A stretch of 64,000 bases of DNA, taken from a virus (taxonomy: Duplodnaviria; Heunggongvirae; Uroviricota; Caudoviricetes). The notes below the pieces were generated by a model, which did no database searches, was not told the DNA's origin, and was given only the letters and a program-made list of their open reading frames with translations. The translations under genes and the position numbers were made by a program. Below, piece by piece: positions 16,755-25,321 of the stretch; position 1 is the stretch's first letter, and each line of letters begins with the position of its first letter. The stretch is taken from the IMG/VR virus record IMGVR_UViG_2687453623_000004; one strand, written 5' to 3'.

Positions 16755-17369
16755 TCAGCCGGCAAGCGCCAGTGGCGCTTCCGGCCAGCTGATTTCAGGT
16801 GCCTTGCTGATATCCAGTGCGTTCAGCTCGTCGATATAATCCAGCACGGCGTTCAGTTTTGCCGTTTCTTCTGGTTTCAGACTGCGACCAGCACGCAGTT
16901 TGAGGTTGATAAGATCGACGGACGCCATCGCCTGTTTCACCCGTTGCTGGCGTTGCTGTCTGGCAACCTCCAGTTCTGCGGCTCGCTGCCGTTCAGTATC
17001 GGTTACCCACGCCTCACCGTTCCAGGTATCCCATGGCGTGGCTGGCTGTTTTGTGGTGGTGTCCGCCGGGTAATCACCCGGTTGGGTAATCAGAACGGGG
17101 TTACCGTTCTCCGTGCTGTATACCGTCTCGCCGCGGTGATCAGGCACATGCTCCCACCCGTTCAGCGTGGCAGTCCGGCAAACCACGTAACCCGAAATTG
17201 CTTCCGGCGGTGCATCGGCGCACGAATGTGCCGGAGTACCCACCCCAAGGGCGAGATACTCCACAGAGGATGAGGTGTATTCCCGGGTTTCCTCGTCATA
17301 GTGATATACAGTGATATCGCCCGCTACAGTGGCGATACCGTTTTCATCCAGAACTGCAGTGTTACTCAT
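16755..17369 (-). CDS. tail fibre assembly protein (Tfa, Mu U'-like)
   Basis: 204-aa ORF; C-terminus …ELNALDISKAPEISWPEAPLALAG typical of Tfa chaperones; start overlaps the stop of inverted cassette 3. Confidence 0.75.
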   Translation of the reverse strand: MSNTAVLDENGIATVAGDITVYHYDEETREYTSSSVEYLALGVGTPAHSCADAPPEAISGYVVCRTATLNGWEHVPDHRGETVYSTENGNPVLITQPGDYPADTTTKQPATPWDTWNGEAWVTDTERQRAAELEVARQQRQQRVKQAMASVDLINLKLRAGRSLKPEETAKLNAVLDYIDELNALDISKAPEISWPEAPLALAG

Positions 17370-17851
17370 TAAACTGCCCTCACAATGTAATTAAGTGCAA
17401 TGCTACGGGGTCTGACAGTGATACCCTTCGCATACCCGCTTCTGATAGAGGTCAGAATAGTAGCCTGCATACCATTGTCTGACATTGCCACGACAGGATC
17501 GCTGAATGTTGTCCCGTCCGGCATTTTAAAGCTGCCCTCACGAAGGTCTGTAATGGAATCTTCATTGTTGAATCCCATGCCGACTATCCCCGAGGTTCCC
17601 GTAGTGTCCTGGTTATAATAATCCAGCATTGCTGTTCTTAACAGCGTTGCCCCTTGTGCGGACAGCAACTTACGTCCTGTATCAACTTTGCGCCCGTCGT
17701 CCCATCCACGGATAAACTCACCGCGTAAATCGGGAAGACGGAGGGTCGGGTAGACTCTGGCCAGAACAGGATATTGTTCTTTTGTAAAGGCGCGCCCGTC
17801 GCACTTTAACCAGCCTGCTGGCGGTGTGGCGGTGGGCCACGGAACAGGCAC
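17369..17851 (-). CDS. alternative tail-fibre C-terminal cassette 3 (inverted, promoterless; Mu Sv'-like)
   Basis: 160-aa frame on minus strand with GTG as first codon; first ~64 aa nearly identical to cassette 1; upstream frame closed by TGA just beyond the crossover site. Confidence 0.6.
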   Translation of the reverse strand: MPVPWPTATPPAGWLKCDGRAFTKEQYPVLARVYPTLRLPDLRGEFIRGWDDGRKVDTGRKLLSAQGATLLRTAMLDYYNQDTTGTSGIVGMGFNNEDSITDLREGSFKMPDGTTFSDPVVAMSDNGMQATILTSIRSGYAKGITVRPRSIALNYIVRAV

Positions 17852-17886
17852 ACCAACGGGTAGCGCCGAGCCTTCTCCTAAACCAA
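17693..17886. repeat. inverted repeat (~194 bp) matching 15844-16037
   Basis: Reverse complement of 17693-17886 is almost identical to 15844-16037; delimits an invertible segment of ~2.0 kb. Confidence 0.85.
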
Positions 17887-17899
17887 CGTTTATCTCTCA
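17874..17899. other. putative invertase crossover site 3 (inverted orientation)
   Basis: …ccttctcctAAACCAAcgtttatctc…; boundary of the inverted repeat, ~55 bp upstream of the invertase gene. Confidence 0.4.
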
Positions 17900-17952
17900 A
17901 ATCCTCCCCACATTATCTCAGTACTTTAACCACTCAAAAGGGAGTATTTTTA

Positions 17953-18525
17953 ATGCTGATTGGCTACATACGTGTGTCAACAAATGACCAAAACACAGAT
18001 TTGCAACGCAATGCATTAATGTGCGCAGGATGTGAACAGATTTTTGAGGACAAAATGAGCGGAACCAAGTCGGAACGACCAGGCCTGAAACGCGCTTTAA
18101 AGTGCCTTAAAAGAGGGGATACATTGGTGGTCTGGAAGCTGGATCGGTTGGGTAGAAGAATGAAACACCTCATTGCTCTCACAGAAGAGCTACGCGCAAA
18201 AGGTGTCAATTTTCGCAGTCTGACGGATTCAATCGATACCAGCACTCCGATGGGAAGGTTCTTTTTTCATATGATGGGTGCACTGGCAGAAATGGAGCGT
18301 GAACTGATAGTTGAGCGCACGCTGGCTGGACTGGCTGCTGCGCGAGCACAAGGAAGAGTTGGAGGACGTCGCCCGAAACTGACGAAGGAGCAGCATGAGC
18401 AGATCGCAAGATTGCTCCAGAAAGGGTATGACAGAAAGCGGCTGGCAATTATCTATGATATTGGACTGTCAACGATCTACCGCTATCACCCTGTTGGGAC
18501 TGTCATAACGCAACCTGAAATGTAA
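17953..18525 (+). CDS. serine DNA invertase, Gin/Pin/Hin family
   Basis: 190 aa from ATG 17953 with RBS aaagggag upstream; MLIGYIRVSTNDQNTDLQRNAL… and C-terminal HTH (…YDIGLSTIYRYHP) closely match recalled Gin/Pin sequences. Confidence 0.85.
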   Translation: MLIGYIRVSTNDQNTDLQRNALMCAGCEQIFEDKMSGTKSERPGLKRALKCLKRGDTLVVWKLDRLGRRMKHLIALTEELRAKGVNFRSLTDSIDTSTPMGRFFFHMMGALAEMERELIVERTLAGLAAARAQGRVGGRRPKLTKEQHEQIARLLQKGYDRKRLAIIYDIGLSTIYRYHPVGTVITQPEM

Positions 18526-18529
18526 TTCT

Positions 18530-18610
18530 TTTTCAAATAATGAAACGCCGCGTGGATGCCATTTATCGCACAAGATAGAGTGCATTTATCGCGCGGCGCA
18601 TCATTCTTCA
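18530..18610. mobile_element. Mu-like right terminus (putative transposase-binding repeats ending …TTCA)
   Basis: Two copies of CATTTATCGC(A/G)C within 40 bp, then …gcgcggcgcatcattcttca; recalled Mu right end contains CGATAAATGCG and ends …GCGCCGCTTCA; homology to phage genes stops here. Confidence 0.45.
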
Positions 18611-18780
18611 TGTGAATCATCCGTTGATTAATTATATATAAACATTATGTATCAACAAGTTACATTGATAATTAACGCTACCATTAATAAAAATACCCCA
18701 CAAGGTCCGAAAAAAAACGCCGGCAATGTGCCGACGTCTTTGAAAAGAAAGGATTGTCTATGTTATCGCCCGTTATTCAT

Positions 18781-20064
18781 TCAGCCGGGTTGACTTATCC
18801 GCGCCAATTGCTCGAAATAGTCTGGAAAAGTTTTAGCGGTACATTTTGGATCAAGAATCGTCACAGGCGTATCTGATAATGCGACCAGCGAGAAACACAT
18901 CGCCATCCGGTGATCATTATAAGTGGCGATCTCAGCAAATTTCAGTTTTTCCGGTGGCGTAATGCGAATGAAATCATGCCCCTCTTCGACTTCCGCACCG
19001 ACTTTACGCAGTTCTGTTGCCATCGCAAACAGGCGATCGGTCTCTTTAACACGCCAGTTATAGATATTGCGCAGCGTGGTGGTGCCTTTTGCAAATAACG
19101 CCGCGGTGGCAATGGTCATCGCCGCATCGGGAATATGGTTCATATCCATATCAATGGCGTTCAGTTCACCACGCGTGCAGGAAATATAATCATCGCCCCA
19201 GCAAATGGTCGCGCCCATTTTTTCCAGAACATCAGCAAAGCGAATATCACCCTGCATACTGTTGCGTCCAATGCCGGTCACTTTTACAGTGCCGCCTCTG
19301 ATTGCTGCTGCTGCCAGGAAATAAGAAGCCGAAGATGCATCGCCTTCAACCAAATAAGTGCCCGGAGACTGGTAAGACTGCCCCCCTTTTACGACAAATT
19401 GTTGATAGTGCTGATTTTCAATTTCAACACCAAACGTCTTCATCAGATTGAGGGTGATATCGATATAAGGTTTAGAAACCAGATCGCCTTTAATACGAAT
19501 CACCGTATCTTCCGGCGCAAGAGGCGCAGTCATTAACAGTGCGGTGAGGAACTGGCTGGAAACGGAGCCATCAACATCAACGTTGCCGCCAGTAAAGCCG
19601 CCCTGTAAACGCAATGGCGGATAATTTTCTTGTTCCAGGTAAGTGATCTTCGCCCCGCCCTGGCGCAGCGCATCCACCAGATGACCAATCGGGCGTTCTT
19701 TCATTCGCGGTTCACCGCTCAGTACAATATCATTGCTACCCAGGCAAAGTGCTGCCGCCAGCGGACGCATTGCCGTTCCGGCGTTACCGAGGAACAACTC
19801 CCGGGCACTTTCTGCGTGTAATGGACCACCGTTACCGATAATTTCGCAACGCGTACGATCGGCTGAAAGCGTATAGCTTACCCCTAACGCTGTTAATGCA
19901 TTCAGCATATGGCGCACGTCATCGCTATCCAGCAGATTGGTTAATACTGTTTTGCCGTGTGCTAATGCCGCCAGCAATAAAGCGCGGTTAGAAACGCTCT
20001 TGGAACCGGGCAGATTAATAGTGCCATCGACACGAGCGATGGGTTGTAACGTTAGGGATTCCAT
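18781..20064 (-). CDS. aroA: 3-phosphoshikimate 1-carboxyvinyltransferase (EPSP synthase)
   Basis: 427-aa [38 protein letters not shown]… matching E. coli AroA along its length with a few substitutions relative to my recollection of K-12. Confidence 0.95.
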   Translation of the reverse strand: MESLTLQPIARVDGTINLPGSKSVSNRALLLAALAHGKTVLTNLLDSDDVRHMLNALTALGVSYTLSADRTRCEIIGNGGPLHAESARELFLGNAGTAMRPLAAALCLGSNDIVLSGEPRMKERPIGHLVDALRQGGAKITYLEQENYPPLRLQGGFTGGNVDVDGSVSSQFLTALLMTAPLAPEDTVIRIKGDLVSKPYIDITLNLMKTFGVEIENQHYQQFVVKGGQSYQSPGTYLVEGDASSASYFLAAAAIRGGTVKVTGIGRNSMQGDIRFADVLEKMGATICWGDDYISCTRGELNAIDMDMNHIPDAAMTIATAALFAKGTTTLRNIYNWRVKETDRLFAMATELRKVGAEVEEGHDFIRITPPEKLKFAEIATYNDHRMAMCFSLVALSDTPVTILDPKCTAKTFPDYFEQLARISQPG

Positions 20065-20086
20065 GAACTCAACTCTCTACAACAGA

Positions 20087-20112
20087 AATAAAAACCCCAC
20101 AGGCTGGCTGTG
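20087..20112 (-). terminator. putative intrinsic terminator/attenuator between serC and aroA
   Basis: Minus strand reads ccccacagccagcctgtgggg followed by tttttattt; lies 25-45 nt after the serC stop. Confidence 0.45.
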
Positions 20113-20134
20113 GGGATTATGCAAAATTTCGACA

Positions 20135-21223
20135 TTAGCCGTGACGACGTTCGAACTCAACCATGAAGTCTGTCAGTGCTTTAACACCTTCCAGCGGCAT
20201 GGCGTTATAAATAGACGCACGCATTCCGCCGACCACTCGGTGACCTTTCAGCGCATGTAAGCCCGCAGCGAAAGACTCTTCGAGGAACAATTTATCAAGC
20301 GCGCTATCCGCCAACTGGAACGGCACGTTCATCCGCGAACGGTTAGCTTTCGCCACATCATTGCGGTAGAAATCGCTGTTATCAATCACCCCATACAGCA
20401 GTTCTGCTTTTTGCTGATTGATCTTATCCATTGCAGCCACACCGCCGTTCGCTTTCAGCCATTTGAAGACCAGGCCAGATAAGTACCAGGCAAATGTCGG
20501 CGGCGTGTTGAACATGGAATCGTTATCGTTGAGGATGGAGTAATCCAGAATCGATGGGCAGGCGATATTCGCTTTGCCCAGCAAATCTTCACGAACGATG
20601 ACGATTGTCAGGCCAGCCGGGCCGATATTTTTCTGCGCGCCAGCGTAAATTACACCATAACGGCTGACATCAATCGGACGGGAAAGAATGGTTGAAGAGA
20701 AGTCAGCGGCGACCACCACGTCTTTACCGAAGTCTGGTGTTTCATCGATAGCGATACCATCGATGGTTTCGTTCGGGCAGTAATGCATATAAGCAGCATT
20801 ATCAGAGAGTTGCCATTCACTCATTGGCTTAACTGCGCGAAGACCATCAACGGTCACTTTCGCATCAAACACATTTGGTGTGCAGTATTTTTTCGCTTCT
20901 TTGATAGCACTTGCTGCCCAGTAACCCGCATCAACATAATCTGCAGTGGTTTTATCACCAAGAATATTCAACGGTACTGCAGCAAATTGACCGCGACCAC
21001 CGCCATGGCAGAACAATACTTTGTAGTTGGAGGGGACGTTAAGAAGATCGCGAAAATCCTTCTCGGCTTCCTCTGCAACCTGAATGAACTCTTTGCCACG
21101 GTGACTCACTTCCATCACCGACGTACCAAGACCGTTCCAGTCGCGCAGTTCCTGTTGAGCCTGTTTAAGCACCTCTGCCGGTAGCATTGCCGGACCAGAA
21201 CTAAAATTGAAGATTTGAGCCAT
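20135..21223 (-). CDS. serC: phosphoserine aminotransferase
   Basis: 362-aa [49 protein letters not shown]… matching E. coli SerC; upstream of aroA as in the serC-aroA operon. Confidence 0.95.
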   Translation of the reverse strand: MAQIFNFSSGPAMLPAEVLKQAQQELRDWNGLGTSVMEVSHRGKEFIQVAEEAEKDFRDLLNVPSNYKVLFCHGGGRGQFAAVPLNILGDKTTADYVDAGYWAASAIKEAKKYCTPNVFDAKVTVDGLRAVKPMSEWQLSDNAAYMHYCPNETIDGIAIDETPDFGKDVVVAADFSSTILSRPIDVSRYGVIYAGAQKNIGPAGLTIVIVREDLLGKANIACPSILDYSILNDNDSMFNTPPTFAWYLSGLVFKWLKANGGVAAMDKINQQKAELLYGVIDNSDFYRNDVAKANRSRMNVPFQLADSALDKLFLEESFAAGLHALKGHRVVGGMRASIYNAMPLEGVKALTDFMVEFERRHG

Positions 21224-21421
21224 TTCCCCTCACCACGTTGCGTTGCTATTAACCCGCGGTCAATCGATTGCGACCACAGGTAATACATTATTCCAGTGGC
21301 TATCGGTTTTATCATTCAGTGACACACATCGCAATGAGTAAAACCGTTGAGGGCAAAAATGTGGCTTGCATCACACAAAAGAATCTCTCGGATTATTAGC
21401 AAAAAGCCGATGTTTTTGCTG

Positions 21422-22114
21422 TCAGGTCACCCGTTTAGCTCGACTTGCCTTCGTCCATTCTGGATTTGCACAGCGCGGACATAATTGTTTTTCCCCCGCG
21501 TTCATATGAATGATTTCACTGCAACGGATGCAGGCATAGTCCGCCGACTCCGGCACCACTTTGTAACGCTGAGTACAGTCACTGGGTAAAATAAGTAACC
21601 CCGGTTTCACCTTGTCATCTTCAAAGAAATAAACACTGATTTGCCCGTTGGTTTCGAGAATCGCCAGACGTACCTGCCCCAACTGCTCTACACCGCGCAA
21701 TCGTAGCTCCATAAAGAACTCAAATTCCGTCATGTTGGAGTTATTGAGTTTCGACCAGGCCAGCTCGCCGTCTTCAATAATGACAACCGGCTTGCCTTCC
21801 AGAAGATCTTCCAGTTTTTCACTGTGCGCCATCAACCACATTACCAGGCGGTATAACAACGCCAGAGTAATAAAGACGATAAGTACCGGGACCATCGGCA
21901 CATCATCATAAAACGCCACATCTCCCGCCGCTGAACCCAGTGTCAGAATGATTAACACTTCAAACAGCGACATCTGCCGCACACCGCGTCTTCCGGTCAT
22001 TTTGAGGAACAAAAAAACCAGTACAAAGGTATAAAGACTACGTAGTGCAACTTCGCCAAGGAAATCAAAAGGCACTTTATCAAATGCCATACGGTGGAGA
22101 TCGAACGCCTTCAT
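21422..22114 (-). CDS. ycaP: inner-membrane protein YcaP (DUF421 family)
   Basis: 230-aa ORF with hydrophobic N-terminal half and Cys-rich C-terminus; position between serC and ycaO as in E. coli. Confidence 0.8.
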   Translation of the reverse strand: MKAFDLHRMAFDKVPFDFLGEVALRSLYTFVLVFLFLKMTGRRGVRQMSLFEVLIILTLGSAAGDVAFYDDVPMVPVLIVFITLALLYRLVMWLMAHSEKLEDLLEGKPVVIIEDGELAWSKLNNSNMTEFEFFMELRLRGVEQLGQVRLAILETNGQISVYFFEDDKVKPGLLILPSDCTQRYKVVPESADYACIRCSEIIHMNAGEKQLCPRCANPEWTKASRAKRVT

Positions 22115-22243
22115 TTTTATGCTCTTATCGTGGTTTATCCGCTAAAAGCATAGCCAACAGTTCATCGGCATGGCGGCGGTGATAGCGCCTTTGAGATAAA
22201 ACCCGTATTATTGCGCGCTTTCCGTACGACTAAAGTGATTTTC

Positions 22244-24004
22244 ATGACGCAAACATTTATCCCCGGCAAAGATGCCGCTCTGGAAGATTCCATCGCTCGC
22301 TTCCAGCAAAAACTTTCAGACCTCGGTTTTCAGATTGAAGAGGCCTCCTGGCTGAATCCCGTGCCTAATGTCTGGTCTGTACATATTCGCGACAAAGAGT
22401 GCGCACTGTGTTTTACCAACGGTAAAGGCGCAACCAAAAAAGCGGCGCTGGCTTCTGCCCTCGGTGAATATTTCGAGCGTCTCTCAACCAACTACTTTTT
22501 TGCGGACTTCTGGCTGGGCGAAACCATCGCCAACGGCCCATTCGTGCATTATCCCAACGAAAAATGGTTCCCACTGACCGAAAATGACGATGTACCAGAA
22601 GGGCTGCTCGATGACCGTCTGCGCGCATTTTACGATCCGGAGAATGAACTGACCGGTAGTATGCTGATTGACCTGCAATCCGGTAACGAAGATCGTGGTA
22701 TTTGCGGTCTACCGTTTACGCGCCAGTCCGACAATCAGACCATTTATATTCCGATGAATATCATTGGTAACTTGTACGTTTCTAACGGTATGTCTGCTGG
22801 CAATACCCGTAACGAAGCACGCGTTCAGGGGTTATCCGAAGTTTTCGAACGTTACGTGAAAAACCGCATTATTGCTGAAAGCATCAGCTTGCCGGAAATC
22901 CCGGCAGACGTGCTGGCACGTTATCCAGCAGTAGTTGAAGCGATCGAAACGCTGGAAGCGGAAGGTTTCCCGATCTTCGCTTATGACGGTTCGCTTGGCG
23001 GCCAGTATCCGGTGATTTGCGTGGTACTGTTCAATCCTGCTAACGGTACCTGCTTTGCCTCATTCGGTGCGCATCCTGATTTTGGCGTTGCACTGGAACG
23101 TACCGTGACCGAGTTGCTGCAAGGTCGTGGCCTGAAAGATCTGGATGTGTTTACTCCACCAACCTTCGATGATGAAGAAGTCGCTGAACATACCAACCTC
23201 GAAACGCACTTTATCGATTCCAGCGGTTTAATCTCCTGGGACCTGTTCAAGCAGGATGCCGATTATCCGTTTGTTGACTGGAGCTTCTCCGGCACCACGG
23301 AAGAAGAGTTCGCCACGCTGATGGCTATCTTCAAAAAGGAAGATAAAGAAGTTTATATTGCCGATTACGAGCATCTGGGTGTCTACTCTTGCCGTATTAT
23401 CGTACCTGGCATGTCCGATATTTATCCGGCTGAAGATCTGTGGTTGGCGAATAACAGTATGGGCAGCCATTTACGTGAAACGATTCTGTCACTGCCCGGT
23501 AGCGAGTGGGAAAAGGAAGATTACCTGAACCTCATCGAGCAACTGGATGAAGAAGGTTTTGATGACTTTACCCGCGTGCGTGAACTGTTGGGCCTGGCGA
23601 CCGGGTCGGATAACGGCTGGTACACTCTGCGTATCGGTGAATTAAAAGCCATGCTGGCGCTGGCTGGTGGCGATCTGGAACAGGCTCTGGTCTGGACCGA
23701 ATGGACGATGGAGTTTAACTCATCAGTATTCAGCCCGGAACGCGCCAATTATTATCGCTGCCTGCAAACATTGTTATTACTGGCGCAGGAAGAAGATCGC
23801 CAGCCGCTGCAATATCTGAATGCGTTTGTTCGCATGTACGGCGCAGATGCCGTGGAAGCCGCCAGTGCAGCAATGAGCGGCGAAGCGGCGTTTTATGGCT
23901 TGCAACCAGTAGATAGCGATCTGCACGCGTTTGCTGCACATCAGTCGTTGTTGAAGGCCTACGAAAAGCTGCAACGCGCCAAAGCAGCATTCTGGGCAAA
24001 ATAA
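22244..24004 (+). CDS. ycaO: YcaO-domain protein (ribosomal protein S12 methylthiotransferase accessory factor)
   Basis: 586 aa from ATG 22244 (MTQTFIPGKDAALEDSIARFQQKLSDLGF…), matching E. coli YcaO; the listed 22211 start is an upstream TTG. Confidence 0.9.
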   Translation: MTQTFIPGKDAALEDSIARFQQKLSDLGFQIEEASWLNPVPNVWSVHIRDKECALCFTNGKGATKKAALASALGEYFERLSTNYFFADFWLGETIANGPFVHYPNEKWFPLTENDDVPEGLLDDRLRAFYDPENELTGSMLIDLQSGNEDRGICGLPFTRQSDNQTIYIPMNIIGNLYVSNGMSAGNTRNEARVQGLSEVFERYVKNRIIAESISLPEIPADVLARYPAVVEAIETLEAEGFPIFAYDGSLGGQYPVICVVLFNPANGTCFASFGAHPDFGVALERTVTELLQGRGLKDLDVFTPPTFDDEEVAEHTNLETHFIDSSGLISWDLFKQDADYPFVDWSFSGTTEEEFATLMAIFKKEDKEVYIADYEHLGVYSCRIIVPGMSDIYPAEDLWLANNSMGSHLRETILSLPGSEWEKEDYLNLIEQLDEEGFDDFTRVRELLGLATGSDNGWYTLRIGELKAMLALAGGDLEQALVWTEWTMEFNSSVFSPERANYYRCLQTLLLLAQEEDRQPLQYLNAFVRMYGADAVEAASAAMSGEAAFYGLQPVDSDLHAFAAHQSLLKAYEKLQRAKAAFWAK

Positions 24005-24055
24005 AATCAAATAGCCTACGCAATGTAGGCTTAATGATTCGTCTGAGTTATATTA

Positions 24056-24086
24056 CGGGGCGTTTTTTTAATGCCCCGCTTTACAT
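24056..24086 (+). terminator. putative terminator hairpin after ycaO
   Basis: cggggcgtttttttaatgccccg hairpin with T-run; a second perfect 7-bp stem hairpin (agcctac gcaat gtaggct) at 24013-24031. Confidence 0.3.
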
Positions 24087-24335
24087 ATATTTGCATTAAT
24101 AAAATAATTGTAATTATAAGGTTAAATATCGGTAATTCGTATTTAATAAATACGATCGATATTGTTACTTTATTCGCCAGGTGCTCCCTTTTAATTAACT
24201 GTTTTAGCGGAGGATGCGGAAAAAATTCAACTCATTTGTTAATTTTTAAAATTTATTTTTATTTGGATAATCAAATATTTACTCCGTATTTGCATAAAAA
24301 CCATGCGAGTTACGGGCCTATAAGCCAGGCGAGAT

Positions 24336-24349
24336 ATGATCTATATCAA
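24336..24349. promoter_or_regulatory. putative FNR box (TTGAT-N4-ATCAA-like) with downstream -10 in the focA-pflB promoter region
   Basis: aTGATctatATCAA at 24336-24349, then tataat at ~24357-24362, about 50 nt upstream of the focA GTG start; the operon is anaerobically FNR-activated. Confidence 0.4.
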
Positions 24350-24409
24350 TTTCTCATCTATAATGCTTTGTTAGTATCTCGTCGCCGACTTAATAAAGAG
24401 AGAGTTAGT

Positions 24410-25267
24410 GTGAAAGCTGACAACCCTTTTGATCTTTTACTTCCTGCTGCAATGGCCAAAGTGGCCGAAGAGGCAGGTGTCTATAAAGCAACGAAACATC
24501 CGCTTAAGACTTTCTATCTGGCGATTACCGCCGGTGTTTTCATCTCAATCGCATTCGTCTTCTATATCACAGCAACCACTGGCACAGGTACAATGCCCTT
24601 CGGCATGGCAAAACTGATTGGCGGCATTTGCTTCTCTCTGGGGTTGATTCTTTGTGTTGTCTGCGGAGCCGATCTCTTTACTTCCACAGTGTTGATTGTT
24701 GTTGCCAAGGCGAGTGGGCGCATCACCTGGGGTCAGTTGGCGAAAAACTGGCTAAATGTTTATTTTGGCAACCTGGTCGGCGCACTGCTGTTTGTACTTT
24801 TAATGTGGCTTTCCGGCGAGTATATGACCGCAAATGGTCAATGGGGACTAAACGTCCTACAAACCGCCGACCACAAAGTGCACCATACTTTTATTGAGGC
24901 CGTCTGTCTTGGTATCCTGGCAAACCTGATGGTATGTCTGGCAGTATGGATGAGTTATTCTGGCCGCAGCCTGATGGACAAAGCGTTCATTATGGTGCTG
25001 CCGGTCGCGATGTTTGTTGCCAGCGGTTTTGAGCACAGTATCGCAAACATGTTTATGATCCCGATGGGTATTGTAATCCGCGACTTCGCATCTCCGGAAT
25101 TCTGGACCGCTGTCGGTTCTGCACCGGAAAATTTTTCTCACCTGACCGTGATGAACTTCATCACTGATAACCTGATTCCGGTTACGATCGGTAATATTAT
25201 CGGCGGTGGTTTGTTGGTTGGGTTGACATACTGGGTCATTTACCTGCGTGAAAACGATCACCATTAA
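24410..25267 (+). CDS. focA: formate channel FocA
   Basis: 285 aa from GTG 24410 ((V)KADNPFDLLLPAAMAKVAEEAGVYKATKHPLKTFYLAITAGV…); matches E. coli FocA; the long upstream extension in the ORF track is AT-rich leader. Confidence 0.9.
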   Translation: MKADNPFDLLLPAAMAKVAEEAGVYKATKHPLKTFYLAITAGVFISIAFVFYITATTGTGTMPFGMAKLIGGICFSLGLILCVVCGADLFTSTVLIVVAKASGRITWGQLAKNWLNVYFGNLVGALLFVLLMWLSGEYMTANGQWGLNVLQTADHKVHHTFIEAVCLGILANLMVCLAVWMSYSGRSLMDKAFIMVLPVAMFVASGFEHSIANMFMIPMGIVIRDFASPEFWTAVGSAPENFSHLTVMNFITDNLIPVTIGNIIGGGLLVGLTYWVIYLRENDHH

Positions 25268-25321
25268 TGGTTGTCGAAGTACGCAGTAAATAAAAAATCC
25301 ACTTAAGAAGGTAGGTGTTAC

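Larger units (their letters stand above)
1..18610. mobile_element. Mu-like myovirus prophage, right portion (left part outside the window)
   Basis: Contiguous same-strand head, tail, baseplate and fibre genes in Mu order, followed by invertible module, Gin-type invertase and Mu-like terminus; no integrase on this side. Confidence 0.7.

Noticed and set aside
18781-18810. AroA C-terminus (…ARISQPG) differs from my recollection of K-12, initially suggesting a phage att core in the 3' end of aroA
   Set aside because: The Mu-like terminus lies ~170 bp further on at 18610, substitutions are scattered through aroA, and Mu-type phages do not use att sites; more likely lineage divergence or imperfect recall.
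19750-19800. Possible glyphosate-tolerance substitutions in AroA
   Set aside because: Residues at positions 96, 97 and 101 read G, T and P (…[11 protein letters not shown]…), i.e. wild-type.
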